Of a DNA stretch of 64,000 nucleotides, positions 27,401 through 40,020 are shown in pieces. The position numbers and the translations under genes are program-made. The stretch is taken from the NCBI GenBank assembly GCA_030265395.1, contig JARFYF010000061.1:10445916-10509915 (forward strand). The letters run 5' to 3'. The notes beneath the pieces are model-generated. The model had not been told where the DNA came from, did no database searches, and was given only the letters and a program-made list of their open reading frames with translations. The stretch is from Rhina ancylostomus (lineage: Eukaryota). Positions within the stretch are counted from its first letter, which is position 1. Every line of letters begins with the position of its first letter.

Positions 27401-28499
27401 AATACTAAAAACAGGCAACATTTTTGCACCTTCTATACAATATGTGAGAATGACACAATATTTTATATTGTTCTTTTGAGCCTGCAAACAGTGGTATGTT
27501 TTGTAATCAAGCATACATATTATATTGAGGGGAAAATTCTTCTGAATAATATATTCTTGTAATGTAATATCATACATATTTTCCAGGCAGTAGTTATATT
27601 TTGCCATTTCTGTAGGAAAATATCTGTTCCCAACTTGGTAACTCCCAATGTAGGCAAAGTCAAAGCCTCCAGTATGGAGAACATTATAAATATATTCCTG
27701 TTATAATAGTGTTGCATGTTGTTGCTTTCTGAACATGGCCTTTAGCAAAGAATAAAATTGCAGAACATTATTATAGCGAAGCATTTTTGATATCATTATG
27801 ACTAAGAAAGAATTAAAACATATCTTTCATGAGTAAAATAGATACAATAATGTTTCTAGTCTTGTGTATTACCATACTTTATATTCTACAGATATCTCAA
27901 AATCATTATTTTGAAATCACAGGTACCAATATAGTTAGTTCTCAATGACAGCTTCCAAGAGGTGGGCTGAAGATCTAACCGCTGATTTTTTGCACTGCGA
28001 CTATGCAAAAGACAATTGATATTTTTGCTACTTTGAAACAGAGCTCTTAATTCCAGCAGTGTTCAATATTGGAGGGATGTGATAACTGACATTAAAGTGA
28101 CTATATCTCTGGCTATAACTTGATAAGAATGAATGAAAGCAGTCAAGGGCAGTCAACAGTTGCAGGAGGAATGATGGAGGAGTTCAGCATTGTCGACTAC
28201 ATTAATGATTCAAGAAGAACGAGGAAGCAAGGAGGACCATAATCATAATCACTGAGCCTATTATGTCTTACTTTGATTAGGGACATTTTGATGCAGCAGA
28301 AGGAGCAGAAACCTGATCAATGAGAAATAAAAGAGGAAATCTAAGTCTAAGGTTGATTTCAAATCTCTGCTGAATTAACTCATTTCAATGTCCATAGAAA
28401 GCAGAACGCATGAGGAACAAAAAACGTGTGGTCAGTTTTCAGTGATCAACATGTTGTTTCAGGATATACTTATAAACTTCCAAACAAAAGTATCCCTTA

Positions 28500-28970
28500 G
28501 TGTTTCACAGGTGTCTGGTTGAAAAGATTTGATATTAATTCACAGAATAAGGTATTATGGCATGTTCCAAAGCTTTGGTAAAGAGAGCTGATTTTAAGAA
28601 CTATCTTAAAGGAGAGACAGGTGGAAATGCAGAGGTGTTTAGCAATTGAACTCCAGAACTTCGGGTTAAAGCAGGAATATGGAAGGATGAAGAAAACTGG
28701 GGATTGGCACAAGTGTGAAATTGGAGACAAATTGAGTTCACAGAGGTTTGTAAAACTGGAGAGGTTTGTGGACATCGAGGTGGATAAGGCCATGTTGCTG
28801 GACCAGAAGAAAGTAAAGGGAAAATAAACTTGTGGTTGAAAATAATGGGTTGATCAGTGAATGAGACTTGATATGAGTTAGGACACAAGTTGCAGAATTT
28901 GGGATGAACTTGTTTACAGATAATGGAAGACAAGAGAACAGCAGGGAGAGCATTGGAAGACAGGTCTAGA
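28500..28970 (-). mobile_element. L2 LINE 3' region, decayed
   Basis: Plus-strand TTTTAAGAACTATCTTAAAGGAGAG...GAGGTGTTTAG...GAACTCCAG resembles the reverse of an L2 3' end. Similar to 39530-39775. Confidence 0.5.
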
Positions 28971-29174
28971 TGCAATAAAAGTATGATCTGTAATGAAATG
29001 GTTGAATTGCTTGCAGTTAGCATGGTTCTGTTTCCTTCAGGTACTCGATCCATATTCAAGTATGAAGCTTGACTACTTGAGGTTGATCAGCACCATGTCT
29101 TTGAGTCAATGTTAGAAGGTAATAATTTGTAAAAATATATTCATGGCTAACAATTAAATGTCTACCCTATTCTT

Positions 29175-29305
29175 TTAGAGATGGGAGAGGTCTGGATGGT
29201 TATAGACTGGGTGCAGGTAAGTGGGACTAGCAGAATAACATTTCGGAACAGACTAGAAGGGTCAAATGACCTGTTTTCTGTGCTGTGGTGTTCTATGGTT
29301 CTTTT
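29175..29305 (+). mobile_element. CR1 3' tail
   Basis: GGTTATAGACTGGGTGCAGGTAAGTGGGACTAG...GAAGGGTCAAATGACCTGTTTTCTGTGCTGT...TTCTATGGTTCT. Confidence 0.6.
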
Positions 29306-29539
29306 GTTTTTATTTGATAGACATTTTTAGTCAAAGGGAGTTGGAAAAGCATATTTGTTTGTGGCTAGTTATTGGATTCAACTTAATGGGATTATTCAAG
29401 GTTAGAACAGGTTTAATTTTTACATGATATTTTTAGGTGCTTAATTTGTAGTATGTAGTCATTCAAGTCAAAAGGTTTAGGGTTTTAATCATGTCTTAAC
29501 AGACATGACCACAAACATCTTGGGTATCATGTTGGTGAG

Positions 29540-29860
29540 AGAGATGCAGTGTCAGAGGTGTGGTCATCCAGATAAGATGTTGAGCTGAAGTCCATTCTGC
29601 TCTTCCAGGTGGACATGAAATATTCTATGGACTATTTTAAAGAGCAGGACAGTTATTCTTGGTGAACTGGCTAATAACAAGGATCCTAAAATTAGATTCT
29701 CCCTTAACTGTCATATTCCTATTTGTGGAAAGTGCTTTGTACAATATCTGCTGCGTTTCCTGTACAACAATGACTGCACTTCAAAAGTACTTCATGAGCT
29801 ATAAAGCACTTTGGGATATCTTTAAATAGCCACAAAAGGCACCATATAAAAACAAGTTTT
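29540..29860 (+). mobile_element. Deu-domain SINE
   Basis: CCAGGTGGACATGAAA...GCTGCGTTTCC...GACTGCACTTCAAAAGTACTTCAT...AAAGCACTTTGGGATATC...AAGGCACCATATAAA. Confidence 0.65.
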
Positions 29861-32491
29861 TATTTTTTAATCATGGGTCAATTTTAGTTATTATTTTAGT
29901 TGCTTAGTCTTATAGAGCAGCTGAAAACCAGTCAAAATCATATGAAGCTAACATCTCAGCCTCAGACTGATGTGCACTGGACAGATAATTGTAAAGTTAT
30001 CCAAACTGAGGGAAACATGACCAACACATGGAGGCAATTTCTTCTTTACATCCTTTAACCAAATGCAACTCATCTGCATATATTTAAAATGAATATAGCC
30101 AGATCATACTTACATTTTGAATATGAATTCCAACTTGGGAGCCTGCCATTTGGCCTACCAAATCTATTCTTTGGCACTTTTGTCAATTTTGCCCTATTGC
30201 TCTTCTTTCTTATTTGTTATGCTTTGTATCAACTGAGCCGTGATTGCATTCATTTATAATACATAAGTGGACCATTTGACCAAACAGGTCCATACTGGAG
30301 CTTAAAATCTGCAAGAGCTCCCGTTCCACCTTACTTCATCACAATCTATTTCACATATCAAACATATTTTGTTCCCTCTTTTGGTGTTTATGCACTGTGC
30401 AATGGGTCTTTGGTCTTATCACTAGGTTTCAAAAAAATACAAGCTGTAATTTTTTTGAATTGGATTGAATTTGAATAGACAAACTGATTTCAGAATTTCA
30501 TTTCGGCTGGAGTTACACATTAGTTTAGTTGCTTTGCAAATGGAATATTCTTGCCTCCATGATTTTGAAAACTTTGGAAACATATAACTAATAAAATTAC
30601 CACCTCCATTTTTAATGTTACTGAATGTAACTTTCTTCCTCTAATATTGATGTAGATATCTAAGGTGCATATTTCAAACCTTTTATTTTCTATTTTGTTC
30701 ACATTCAGTTCTTTTGTTAATGTACATGAGCTGTGAACGCTAATATAAAATTGGTACTAATTCAAATTTTTTCCAAGTCTTCTGGGTGAAGAGTTTGTCT
30801 TTTTCAAAGACAAGCCATTTATTTTCAAATATGGAATGTGTGATAATTAAACCTAATTATATCAAGAGAATGCCCCAATTTGTTTTAATTTCTAATGTAT
30901 AATTTGCATTATCAAAATCAACGNNNNNNNNNNNNNNNNNNNNNNNNNNNNNNNNNNNNNNNNNNNNNNNNNNNNNNNNNNNNNNNNNNNNNNNNNNNNN
31001 NNNNNNNNNNNNNNNNNNNNNNNATCAACGGAGTCAGTTTAAGCAACTTACAGAAGTTGATAGGATAATAAAACCACATATATATTCTTAAAGGCAAAGC
31101 CAAGCCATGAAATGATATGTACATCTCTGAAAGTGAGATTGCAAAATAATAATCTATATCCTCCAGTATTTTAGTTATCCTAGTCTATCTTTTTCAAAGC
31201 AGGCTGGTTTTAATCTAATTTACTGCTCTGATCTTATGTGCTTGAGTCGTCCATTTGGGTGTAAAGGCTGCCCAAATGCATCTTATTTTAATCACATTTT
31301 GCCATTTGGTCTGACATTTTCAAGCATCATTCCCTGGATGACTTTTTGCAGGATCAATTTGCAGATGTCAGCAGCAGGGGCACAGGATGCAGAGTTGGAG
31401 TTAGAGAGCAAAAAAAGGAAACTGAAACTGAATGTCATAATTCAGGAGCATTCTACTGCATGATGATCATAACCATTCAGCTCCTCGCCAAACTGTGAAC
31501 CATTCACAATGCACTAAAGGTGGAATCCCTTATGTTAATAATTTTCTTTAAGATATGTTCAAGAACTACAAAAATTACAGAGGAACATTATTAATAAATT
31601 GTTCTGCCAAAGATTCTTGTCCTAGAACCTTGAGTCCATAGTTTCATTGCATAGGGCCCAGATGTGAACACAATTGACAGAAGTTTGGTGTAGACTTAGA
31701 CAAAATAAGTCAGATAATACTGTTAAATTTAGGGAAGAAATTAAGACACCAACATGGAAAAATAATGCAAACTGTTTCACATCTGATAACTATAATCTTT
31801 TTATTTATTTATATCCAGACTGCCACCAGTGAATCATTTGGTTGTTGACATCACAGTAATAGTCTGAATCCTTATACACTGATTCATGGACACTGAAAAT
31901 AAATCACTTTCTTTTGTGAAGCTGACAGAACGTTCTAATATCTGTTTATTATGAATTGGACAACGAGTTAAACGAGAGGAGAGAAGGTGCTTGGTTTACA
32001 GATCGGGCTGTATAAAGAGATTTTTTCAAGGGGGGGGGAAGAAACAGATGTGTGTACAATTGATTGTAAATGGTTATAGAAAAGGCAATTTGCTTGGAAG
32101 AAAATGGGCCTAAGTGCCTAGAAAAAGGAGAATTGTGCTGATCTAAAGACAGCATTGTGGGGAACGCTATTGAGTTACTGTACACAGTGCTCAAATGTAA
32201 TCAGGCTAGCAGGTGCATTAGCTCGGGCACAATGACTGCAGCCGAACAGGCAGCACTGGCTGTTAATGGAGCTCCCTTAGCACACACGTACAACGTGTCT
32301 TTCCGAACCCTTCTCAAAGCATACAAGCAAGGCGAAAAATCCATGCTCAACAACAGCGGCCTTTAAAAGCTTTTAAATAAATTTGCCGCGGTACAATAAG
32401 AATGCAATCAAAGCACCCATGCATCAGATCAGTCCGGAAGAGGACGAAATTTTCAAAATTTGTTTGGACTATTAAGTGGTTGAGGCACTGC

Positions 32492-32518
32492 TTGTTGTTG
32501 TTGTTGTTGTTGTTGTTG
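32492..32518. repeat. (TTG)9 microsatellite
   Basis: Nine perfect TTG units. Confidence 0.95.
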
Positions 32519-35500
32519 TGATTTGCGTAAATGCAGCAGGCAAATTCACTTTGTAGAATAGGATGAAAGCTGTCCTGTTCCGCCTTATGACTCAGATTTT
32601 TTTTCCATCGAAACTATATTTTCCTCAATTTCTTGAACCATATTTCATGACCCTTAACCCGTTAGGGGCGGTGATTGACGTTTCTTTAATTTAATGGAAA
32701 CAATGGGTTCAGGACTTCCAGTAAAACAAAAAAGTAATTCTGGATTAGACAATGGCTCGATCAGCACCTGAATGATAGAAGACAGACTAACGTTTTAGAG
32801 AGAGGTATCATTCAATACAAATCGCCTTAACGCCCTTTCGTTTTTCTATCACTATGCATTGTCAGGAAGTTCGTTTTATAATTTAAATTCACAGGTTTTG
32901 ATTTTACCTCAACCGATCATACTCTCTCCAATAAACTGTTGTTCGCTATTATCTCATGAGACGAAATACCAATAATTCTTNNNNNNNNNNNNNNNNCACC
33001 TTCCATCTTGTTCTTCCTGTCTGTGCATCAGGCTGGAATGCTATGGGTTTAAAGTGTGACTAATTGAACACGAGAATCTTTCTTAGTAGCCGCACTTTCG
33101 AAATTTAGAAATGCATTTTCTATATTCCTAATTAAAACTGGAATCGACAAGCAGATTGTTAATCTTTGTGTATAAACCATTCAAATTTTAATAACCATGT
33201 GAATAAACAGTAACAGGGCACCAAGACTGAAAAGAATAGGCAAGTCTCATCGTGGTTTGGTAAGGTTCGGATGTGGGATCATTCAAAAAATTTAGTGACT
33301 CTGTTCTCCACTTATTTGCTATTTTCCCAGATGTTCTGACAAGAAATCTTGTAATGAGAAGCTTCAAAAGATGTTTGGTATTATTCTTTTAAAGGGGGGA
33401 CTGGAATGAAACACGTGGCGTCAAATCTCATTTCCCTTTTTGTTTATTGGGTTTACTCGGTGTACCTGGATGCTGAAGGTTTACTAATAGATTATTTCCT
33501 GGTGACGCATTGTAGTGTCGATTTGTTGTCGAGGGTATTGAACAGATTGGAAGCATTAATATAGTTGCATGGGTATTCGTAAGCACAGACCACAGAATGG
33601 AATTTTAGATTAAGCTATCAGGTGCAAAATGGATCTGCAAAATGCAAAACGAACTTTTTACAGACCAAGTATTTGTGTACCATGGTGAGACGTTCCCTCC
33701 CTTCGGTACATTTTATCATTAATGTCAGTTGCACTGGCTAATGAATCTGTATCTCATTATTACATGTAATGCTGGTTCGGTTCTTTGAAGTGGAAGAAAC
33801 AACCAACAAGGAGACACAAAATTCTAGCCATTGTTGTTTGGGACCGTATCTTCGTTTTTCTACTTTCTCCAGAAAGTCGCCCATCCTGAGCTCCCTTTGG
33901 CAGTGAAGTGTGTTTCAAGCAAGTTCAAGTTTTAAGCGAGAAACAAAACCAAAGCTGAAAACCACCGCCAGAGTTTAAAAACGAACTTTCCGATATTGAC
34001 AGATTTGTAAGTCATTTAAAAAGTTGCAATATTTTATTTCGACAAAATTAATTATCACGTGCTTGGCTGCAGCAAGGAAACCAAAGGCGAGTAAGATTGA
34101 CAGTAGCCTACCGTACACGTTTTAACAAATTTTGCCATAAAGACTTGGACACTAGCATTAGTTCCCAGTGGGATTTATTTAGAATCACACATTTCTTACC
34201 AAAGCAAATCCCTGAAATTCCATTTGTCCCCTCAAGNNNNNNNNNNNNNNNNNNNNNNNNNNNNNNNNNNNNNNNNNNNNNNNNNNNNNNNNNNNNNNNN
34301 NNNNNNNNNNNNNNNNNNNNNNNNNNNNNNNNNNNNNNNNNNNNNCAAATCAAGCTAGACAACCACATTAGAACTTCCTAAGTTTGAAGGTCAGCCCACC
34401 AGACTAAGGTAGAGGTCTCCCTCCAGATAGACATACAATCTCTTCATTTAAATGCATTGGGGGACATCTGGGGCCAAACAGATTGCCTCGTTGGGCTTGA
34501 TAGATTTAACGTCTTACTGTACTCTAAATATGAAACACAATGTGATCCTGAAGTTTAAAATCACATGATTAATTAACGGGATATCGTTTTTGTCAACAAT
34601 CCTAAAAAAAACACGTCGTCTGGATCCAGGAGTTCGGGAGCAATTGGACAGTTAAGGATCACTTACTACACTGAATAATTCCACACAAAGAGCAGAAAGA
34701 GTTTATTCCCCGGATGATTGGGTGATGAATGAGCGTTTAAAAGATCTACTCTGCACTCCATGTCTAGTTGATTTAAAAACATATTGAAAGCGTTTTCGAT
34801 TTTTTTCTGGAAAAAAAACATTGAGATGCTATCCTAGCGCAGTTATTGGCACCTGTATTTTTTTACACTTGCTCCCAGAAGCTGGTTGCTTGGATTCCGC
34901 AGCGCCATGTTCCTCGGGTCGGTAAATATTCCGGTCACGTAAATATTACAATAAGGTGAATCTCCAAGAATTTGATTAAAAGGAAGTAAATAAGCAAGTG
35001 GGGAGGGAGGCGAAGTGCAAGCACTGCCAGATCCTTGTTCCAAATTGACCTGGGCATCGATTACAATCGAATTTCCGAACCTTTGGTCGGATTTGGAGGC
35101 TGGGCGATGATTTCGGTATTATCGCTCTGAGCACAGACGTCGTGATAATACGGTGTTGCATTATCTGGGTAAAAATAAATCTCACAACGAGGTGCCTGGT
35201 GCTGAACATACCAAACGCCATTCACGGAAACATTCATTCCGCTGCGCAAGCGTTTGGGCGTCTGTTTCAAATTGTTAAATTCACAACTTTAAGTCTGTAT
35301 TTAAGGATTTTGCTCTAGTGAATTGGGAGCTGAGGGCTGAAAACTGCACCGCTATACAGAAATGGCTAGCTATAAAATAATCACTCCTTTCCGCCTACCC
35401 TTGGGGTCGAAGACATCCCAATTGTAACTCGGCATCGCATTCCTCCTGCTGATGTTAAGCAGCAACGAGAGCCGTATTCAAAAATTAGTGGATCAGAGCC

Positions 35501-38500
35501 GATCCAACCAATCCGATAGACTCGCTGCCCAGTCAATGGTGGAAAGTGTATCTCACAGGAAACGCCGTCATTCGTCGAGTTATGTGTGGGTGAATGGGGC
35601 TTCGAGGCATTTTCAGAGTCTATCCCTTAGCTATGACAGTTGTAGTTGGGAATTCATTGCTAGTTCACAATCCGGGTAGCTTTGATTCCTTCTCTCCCTC
35701 CATTCCATTCACTCACAGCCCAGACCCTGTTCTTCGCACAGCAGGTCGCATTGCTGCAACTCTCCAATCCCGCTATGCATAAAACGATACAAAAATAAAG
35801 CAAAACTTGCAACATCAATGCGTTGTAAGTGTGTAAATGTCCAAACAACTCGCGTGAGATGAATTGAAATCATTTGCCTCTAAAATTAATTAGCAATTAA
35901 TTTCAGGTCTTAATGTTGCGAAGTTAAATATCCCATTTGTATTTCTCTGGAACCTGAACAAATGTACTGCACATAAGTTCTTCCGCCTAAATCTGTCTTT
36001 TTTTTTCTGTCTAGGATTTGGCCCGTGAGCCACCTTATGGCCAGAGTGTGGGGCGGGCTGACCTCTGTTGTATAGGACACACCATAAATGAACACAAAAT
36101 AAACCCAAGGCTTTCAACTTATTTCCGGACAACTAAGCCATCTAACATCCCTGACATGTAAAGCTGTTGGTAGGATAACTCCATTCAGTAACCGTGACCT
36201 TTTAAAAAAAACACGAGCTCGGAGGGACCCCTAGCTCGAATTTAATCTCTGCCCATTGCTATATAACTAATTGATCTGTTGACCGAGTGAATGCTGAAAT
36301 TCAAATGGTAGAGCTGCCAGTTCAGTTAGAGCTGTATTGAATTACTAGCGGATCAGTACTGTTCCTATGTAAAATTTCTCATGGCTTTTATTTAAATTTA
36401 AGTGTATAATTTCAAAACCATGACAACCGAATTTAGCTCAACAATGACCTGCTGTCTATAGGAGCAAACTAATCTTATCGTTTACTTTATTACTGAATGT
36501 CTAAATAAAATTAGTGTAGGTGCTACCAAATTGATCGTGCGAAATATTAGATGATGCATCTTCGAGATTACTTATAATAGCTTTCCTTTCATTTTGTTTT
36601 CATCAAAAAGTATCAGATTTTTCAGTTTAAGGTGACTGACTACTAATCTGGAAGTAAATAGAAAAATTGCAACAATTTCGTAATTGTTATTTCTAATTTA
36701 AATCGCGGGTCAATGAAATATATTAAAGTTGATTTGAATAAGCTTAAGGATCATCCCCTTCCCGGTACTGTACATTGTGATTTATGTATGCAATCGTCTG
36801 GTGAACCTTGCCCCATGTCCATCAGAAAAACTCCGTAGAGTTAATAATAATCGATTAAACGGATTATCGTTCGATTCAGCAGTGACACTGCTTAAAAAAA
36901 CCGTGTTGGAAATGAGGGGACGGCTGGCTGAGGTGACATTGCTCCGGAAGGTTAGTAATTCAGCTCAGGNNNNNNNNNNNNNNNNNNNNNNNNNNNNNNN
37001 NNNNNNNNNNNNNNNNNNNNNNNNNNNNNNNNNNNNNNNNNNNNNNNNNNNNNNNNNNNNNNNNNNNNNNNNNNNNNNNNNNNNNNNNNNNNNNNNNNNN
37101 NNNNNNNNNNNNNNNNNNNNNNNNNNNNNNNNNNNNNNNNNNNNNNNNNNNNNNNNNNNNNNNNNNNNNNNAGTTCGACTTCTCAGTGCCCACAACAGCA
37201 GTAACGCCTCTGACCCTAACACATAGAGCAACCCCCACCCCCATCTTCAAAAAAAAAGTAAGTAGCCGTAGCAAACGCACAGGCACACATTTCTTACCTT
37301 ATCTTCAACATCTCTCTTGGGGTCGCTTTCATCCCCTTGTCCAAGTTGTTCAAAGTTTAGAGACTTCGAGTTTCCACTGATACTGAAAAGTTACCAAACT
37401 CCCCCACCCCCAGCACCACAGTTAGTTTTTAAAGTAAACATCCCGGCACTGTGTTGCTACCATGTGTTGCGTCTTTTCCTCGTGACTCGGTGCCAATCAG
37501 GCTGAAATGAGAGTGCACGTATGATTATGGCAGAAATTTCGACAAGAGGATAATTTGAGTCCTAAAACCGCAACAGTGCGGTTTAAGTTTGATGCACGGG
37601 CTCCCAGGCAGTTCCAAGTACAGGGTAGGAATAAAGAGCAATTGTTGGGGCGGACAAAAGGCCCGAGACGGGGGCGAACAGAGCTCTCAATAAAGCCCAT
37701 GAACTTGCACTTGAACTTGGCTGTCCATTCGGCTTCAAACTCGCCACAATTCGATCTAAAAAGAATACACCAAACACCTTAGGACAACCGACTCTCTTCA
37801 ACGCGCACCTGCTGTTCTTAAGCATTCGGGTCGAAATATTATTGAGGGTGAACAGATTTCTTTCGATCACGGATTAATTGCAAGAAAAAAGAACGAGATG
37901 TATTAACTACTATAGGCTTGGTAATTTATTTTGTGGTTAGCTAACTAGGTCGCAAAATCAGTCGGGATAACACAAAATTGACACAGTTATGATAATTTCG
38001 GAATAATTCGTCCGAAGTGAGATTTGCAGCTAAAATCGTCCACCTAATTACCGTATGGGCAATATATTAAGATTTAACATTGCAGTTGAGGTCTTTCACG
38101 AGCCGGCATTATCACTACGGCCCGAATGGCTTCTGTCAGAGGATTCAGAATCTCCCATCCTCCTCCGTAAATAATATTTGTTATACTTGACATGGTAAAG
38201 ATGGACGTTCAAGCCAATCCAGACGTGGCAAACACAGTTAAACATTTTAAAAGGTGCTGAAGAAGACCACACCCTTGATCCTCTCTGACTGACCCCAAAT
38301 AACCTTTATTCAAATAGTTCTCTGTCGAGACTTAACAGGCGTGGCAGACACAAGTGGTAATGATCTTCGTAGAGAAAAGACACTTTTTGTCTTTGATTCT
38401 GGTGTAAAGTCACTTTTTAAAAAAAATATAAATGACCAAGTTCCTAATTCACCTAATGATAAAAGAGGTTCTGATTCACGAAGATACTTGGTGCCTTTAA

Positions 38501-39529
38501 TGAAATTTCTCACTGAACAAAAATCCTTAAAAGTTTTTGAGTTTCGAGGCAAAATGTCAGATGTTTCGTTAAGAGTCTGAGTCGTAAAGGAGGGTGGTCA
38601 TTTTCTCTAGGTGCGTATGTTCATTGAGAGTCCGGACACACTCTCTCACTCAGGTCTGTAGGGGTAACTGGTTGGTGCTGCTTTTCTCTCAGACACACAC
38701 TCTTTCTCTGTGTGTTTGTATGTGAGTGTGTGAAAGAAGCACTAATGGGATTCCAAGCACGTCTTCTGTCTCCTGCCATTCGATAGTTAATTAAACAGCT
38801 AATGGCAGCTGCCGATGAGGTCATTTCATGCAGTTTTCATGCAAATCCGCCAAATTCAAAACAAATTTAAATAAAAAGGTCTTTGTAGTCTGCTGTTTCT
38901 TGTTGTTTTTCAAAAGCCCCCAAGTGCATTACTTGGAAAAACTTTCCAGCCTCCAAGTCCTCAAAGAAAATTCAGGCGGAAAAAGACCGATTTCCATTTC
39001 CCCCACAATAAGTGCATGTCTGCCTAATATTTAAATCCGCAGGCCCTGAGATAATTCAACATTAGCAAGCGAAGTGCATATTCTGGGGTGAGCTGGCCGA
39101 ATAAGTATTCATATAAATAAAAAGTTAGGGTTAATCTCAAATTAGTTGAATACCTGGTTAATCCAGCGCATTGAAGTTTGATCACAGGAGCGTGAATGAC
39201 GACGGCCCTTCAGCCCCAATTCCTACTTGACAAGCCGTTCTTGCCAATGAGGCTGAATGGGCTTAGTCTTTTGTTCATCTTCATTTTCTAAGAAACAGGT
39301 CCTAGTTGTTGATCATCTATAAAACAATGGTTCCTGGTGCGTATCCACCATAGCATTAACCCACACACCTTCTCCGGTGTCTGGGTAAAGATTCTCGGTG
39401 GTCCTTAGCTTCATGTAAGAGCAACTTAACAAAGCAGGTGGAGTTAAGATGCTGAATGGTACAATGGCTTCGATGGGGAGGAATGGTCAAGGTCTGTTTA
39501 TCTGTGACCGTTTATATTAGCTCCCTATA

Positions 39530-39775
39530 GGCGGAAACGCGTCTTAAAGTACTTAACGCATAATTGTCAAATTTCAGTGAACAATTATAAAGAAAGCAGG
39601 ACTGCTTAGCAGAAGCTCGGTCAGAAAGGCAAATTTGAAAGAGCGGGGAGTGGGGGTCTAGGGGAATATAGGTAGAGTGGCAGAAAGATTTTAATGAGAG
39701 AATTCCGGAGATTAGGGCCCAGGCAGCTGAAGGTTCGGCCGCCAATAGCGAGGGAGGAAGATCTAGACTGTGCAA
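39530..39775 (-). mobile_element. L2 LINE 3' end
   Basis: GAGAGAATTCCGGAGATTAGGGCCCAGGCAGCTGAAGGTTCGGCCGCCAATAG resembles the reverse of the L2 motif GGRAFSCLGP.LWNSLP. Confidence 0.55.
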
Positions 39776-39887
39776 GCTCTTCTCCGCCTCGTCAAAAGTG
39801 ATGGAATTCATCCACTTGTTCATATGTATGTGGTGGTGGTGGGAACCAAATGGCGCAAAAAAATCAAAGCTGCTCACCGGACCCGTC

Positions 39888-40020
39888 ATAAAAACAGCAA
39901 ATAGTGGAAATTCTCAGCAAATCAAACAGCATCAGTGGAGAGAGAAACACAGTTAACGTTTCGGGTCGATGACCTTTCATCAGTTCTGTTTTTATTTCAG
40001 ATTGTCAGCAGCTACAGCTG
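39888..40020 (-). mobile_element. Penelope pseudo-LTR derivative with an inverted terminal piece
   Basis: AAAAACAGCAAATAGTGGAAATTCTCAGC...CAGCATC..TGGAGAGAGAAAC...ACGTTTCGGGTCGATGACCTTTCATCAG, then the inverted piece TTCTGTTTTTATTTCAGATT. Homologous to 13084-13150. Confidence 0.7.
39946..39990 (-). ncRNA. Minimal type I hammerhead ribozyme motif (catalytic core intact, stem I imperfect)
   Basis: Minus strand ACAGAA-CUGAUGA-AA-GGUC-AUC-GACC-C-GAAA-CGUU-AACUGU: both core boxes, a stem II and a palindromic AACGUU stem III. Confidence 0.5.

Noticed and set aside
26929-27562. Long ORFs spanning N-runs (also at 8.2, 16.6, 34.1 and 36.8 kb)
   Set aside because: Their length is an artefact of reading through assembly gaps. 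The 8.1-8.7 kb peptides belong to the Rex1 element.
30917-31030. ATCAACG repeated on both sides of a 100-N gap
   Set aside because: Most likely an unmerged contig overlap rather than a TSD.
35371-35377. TATAAAA inside the CpG-dense stretch
   Set aside because: No initiator at the expected distance, and the word is common in AT-rich DNA.
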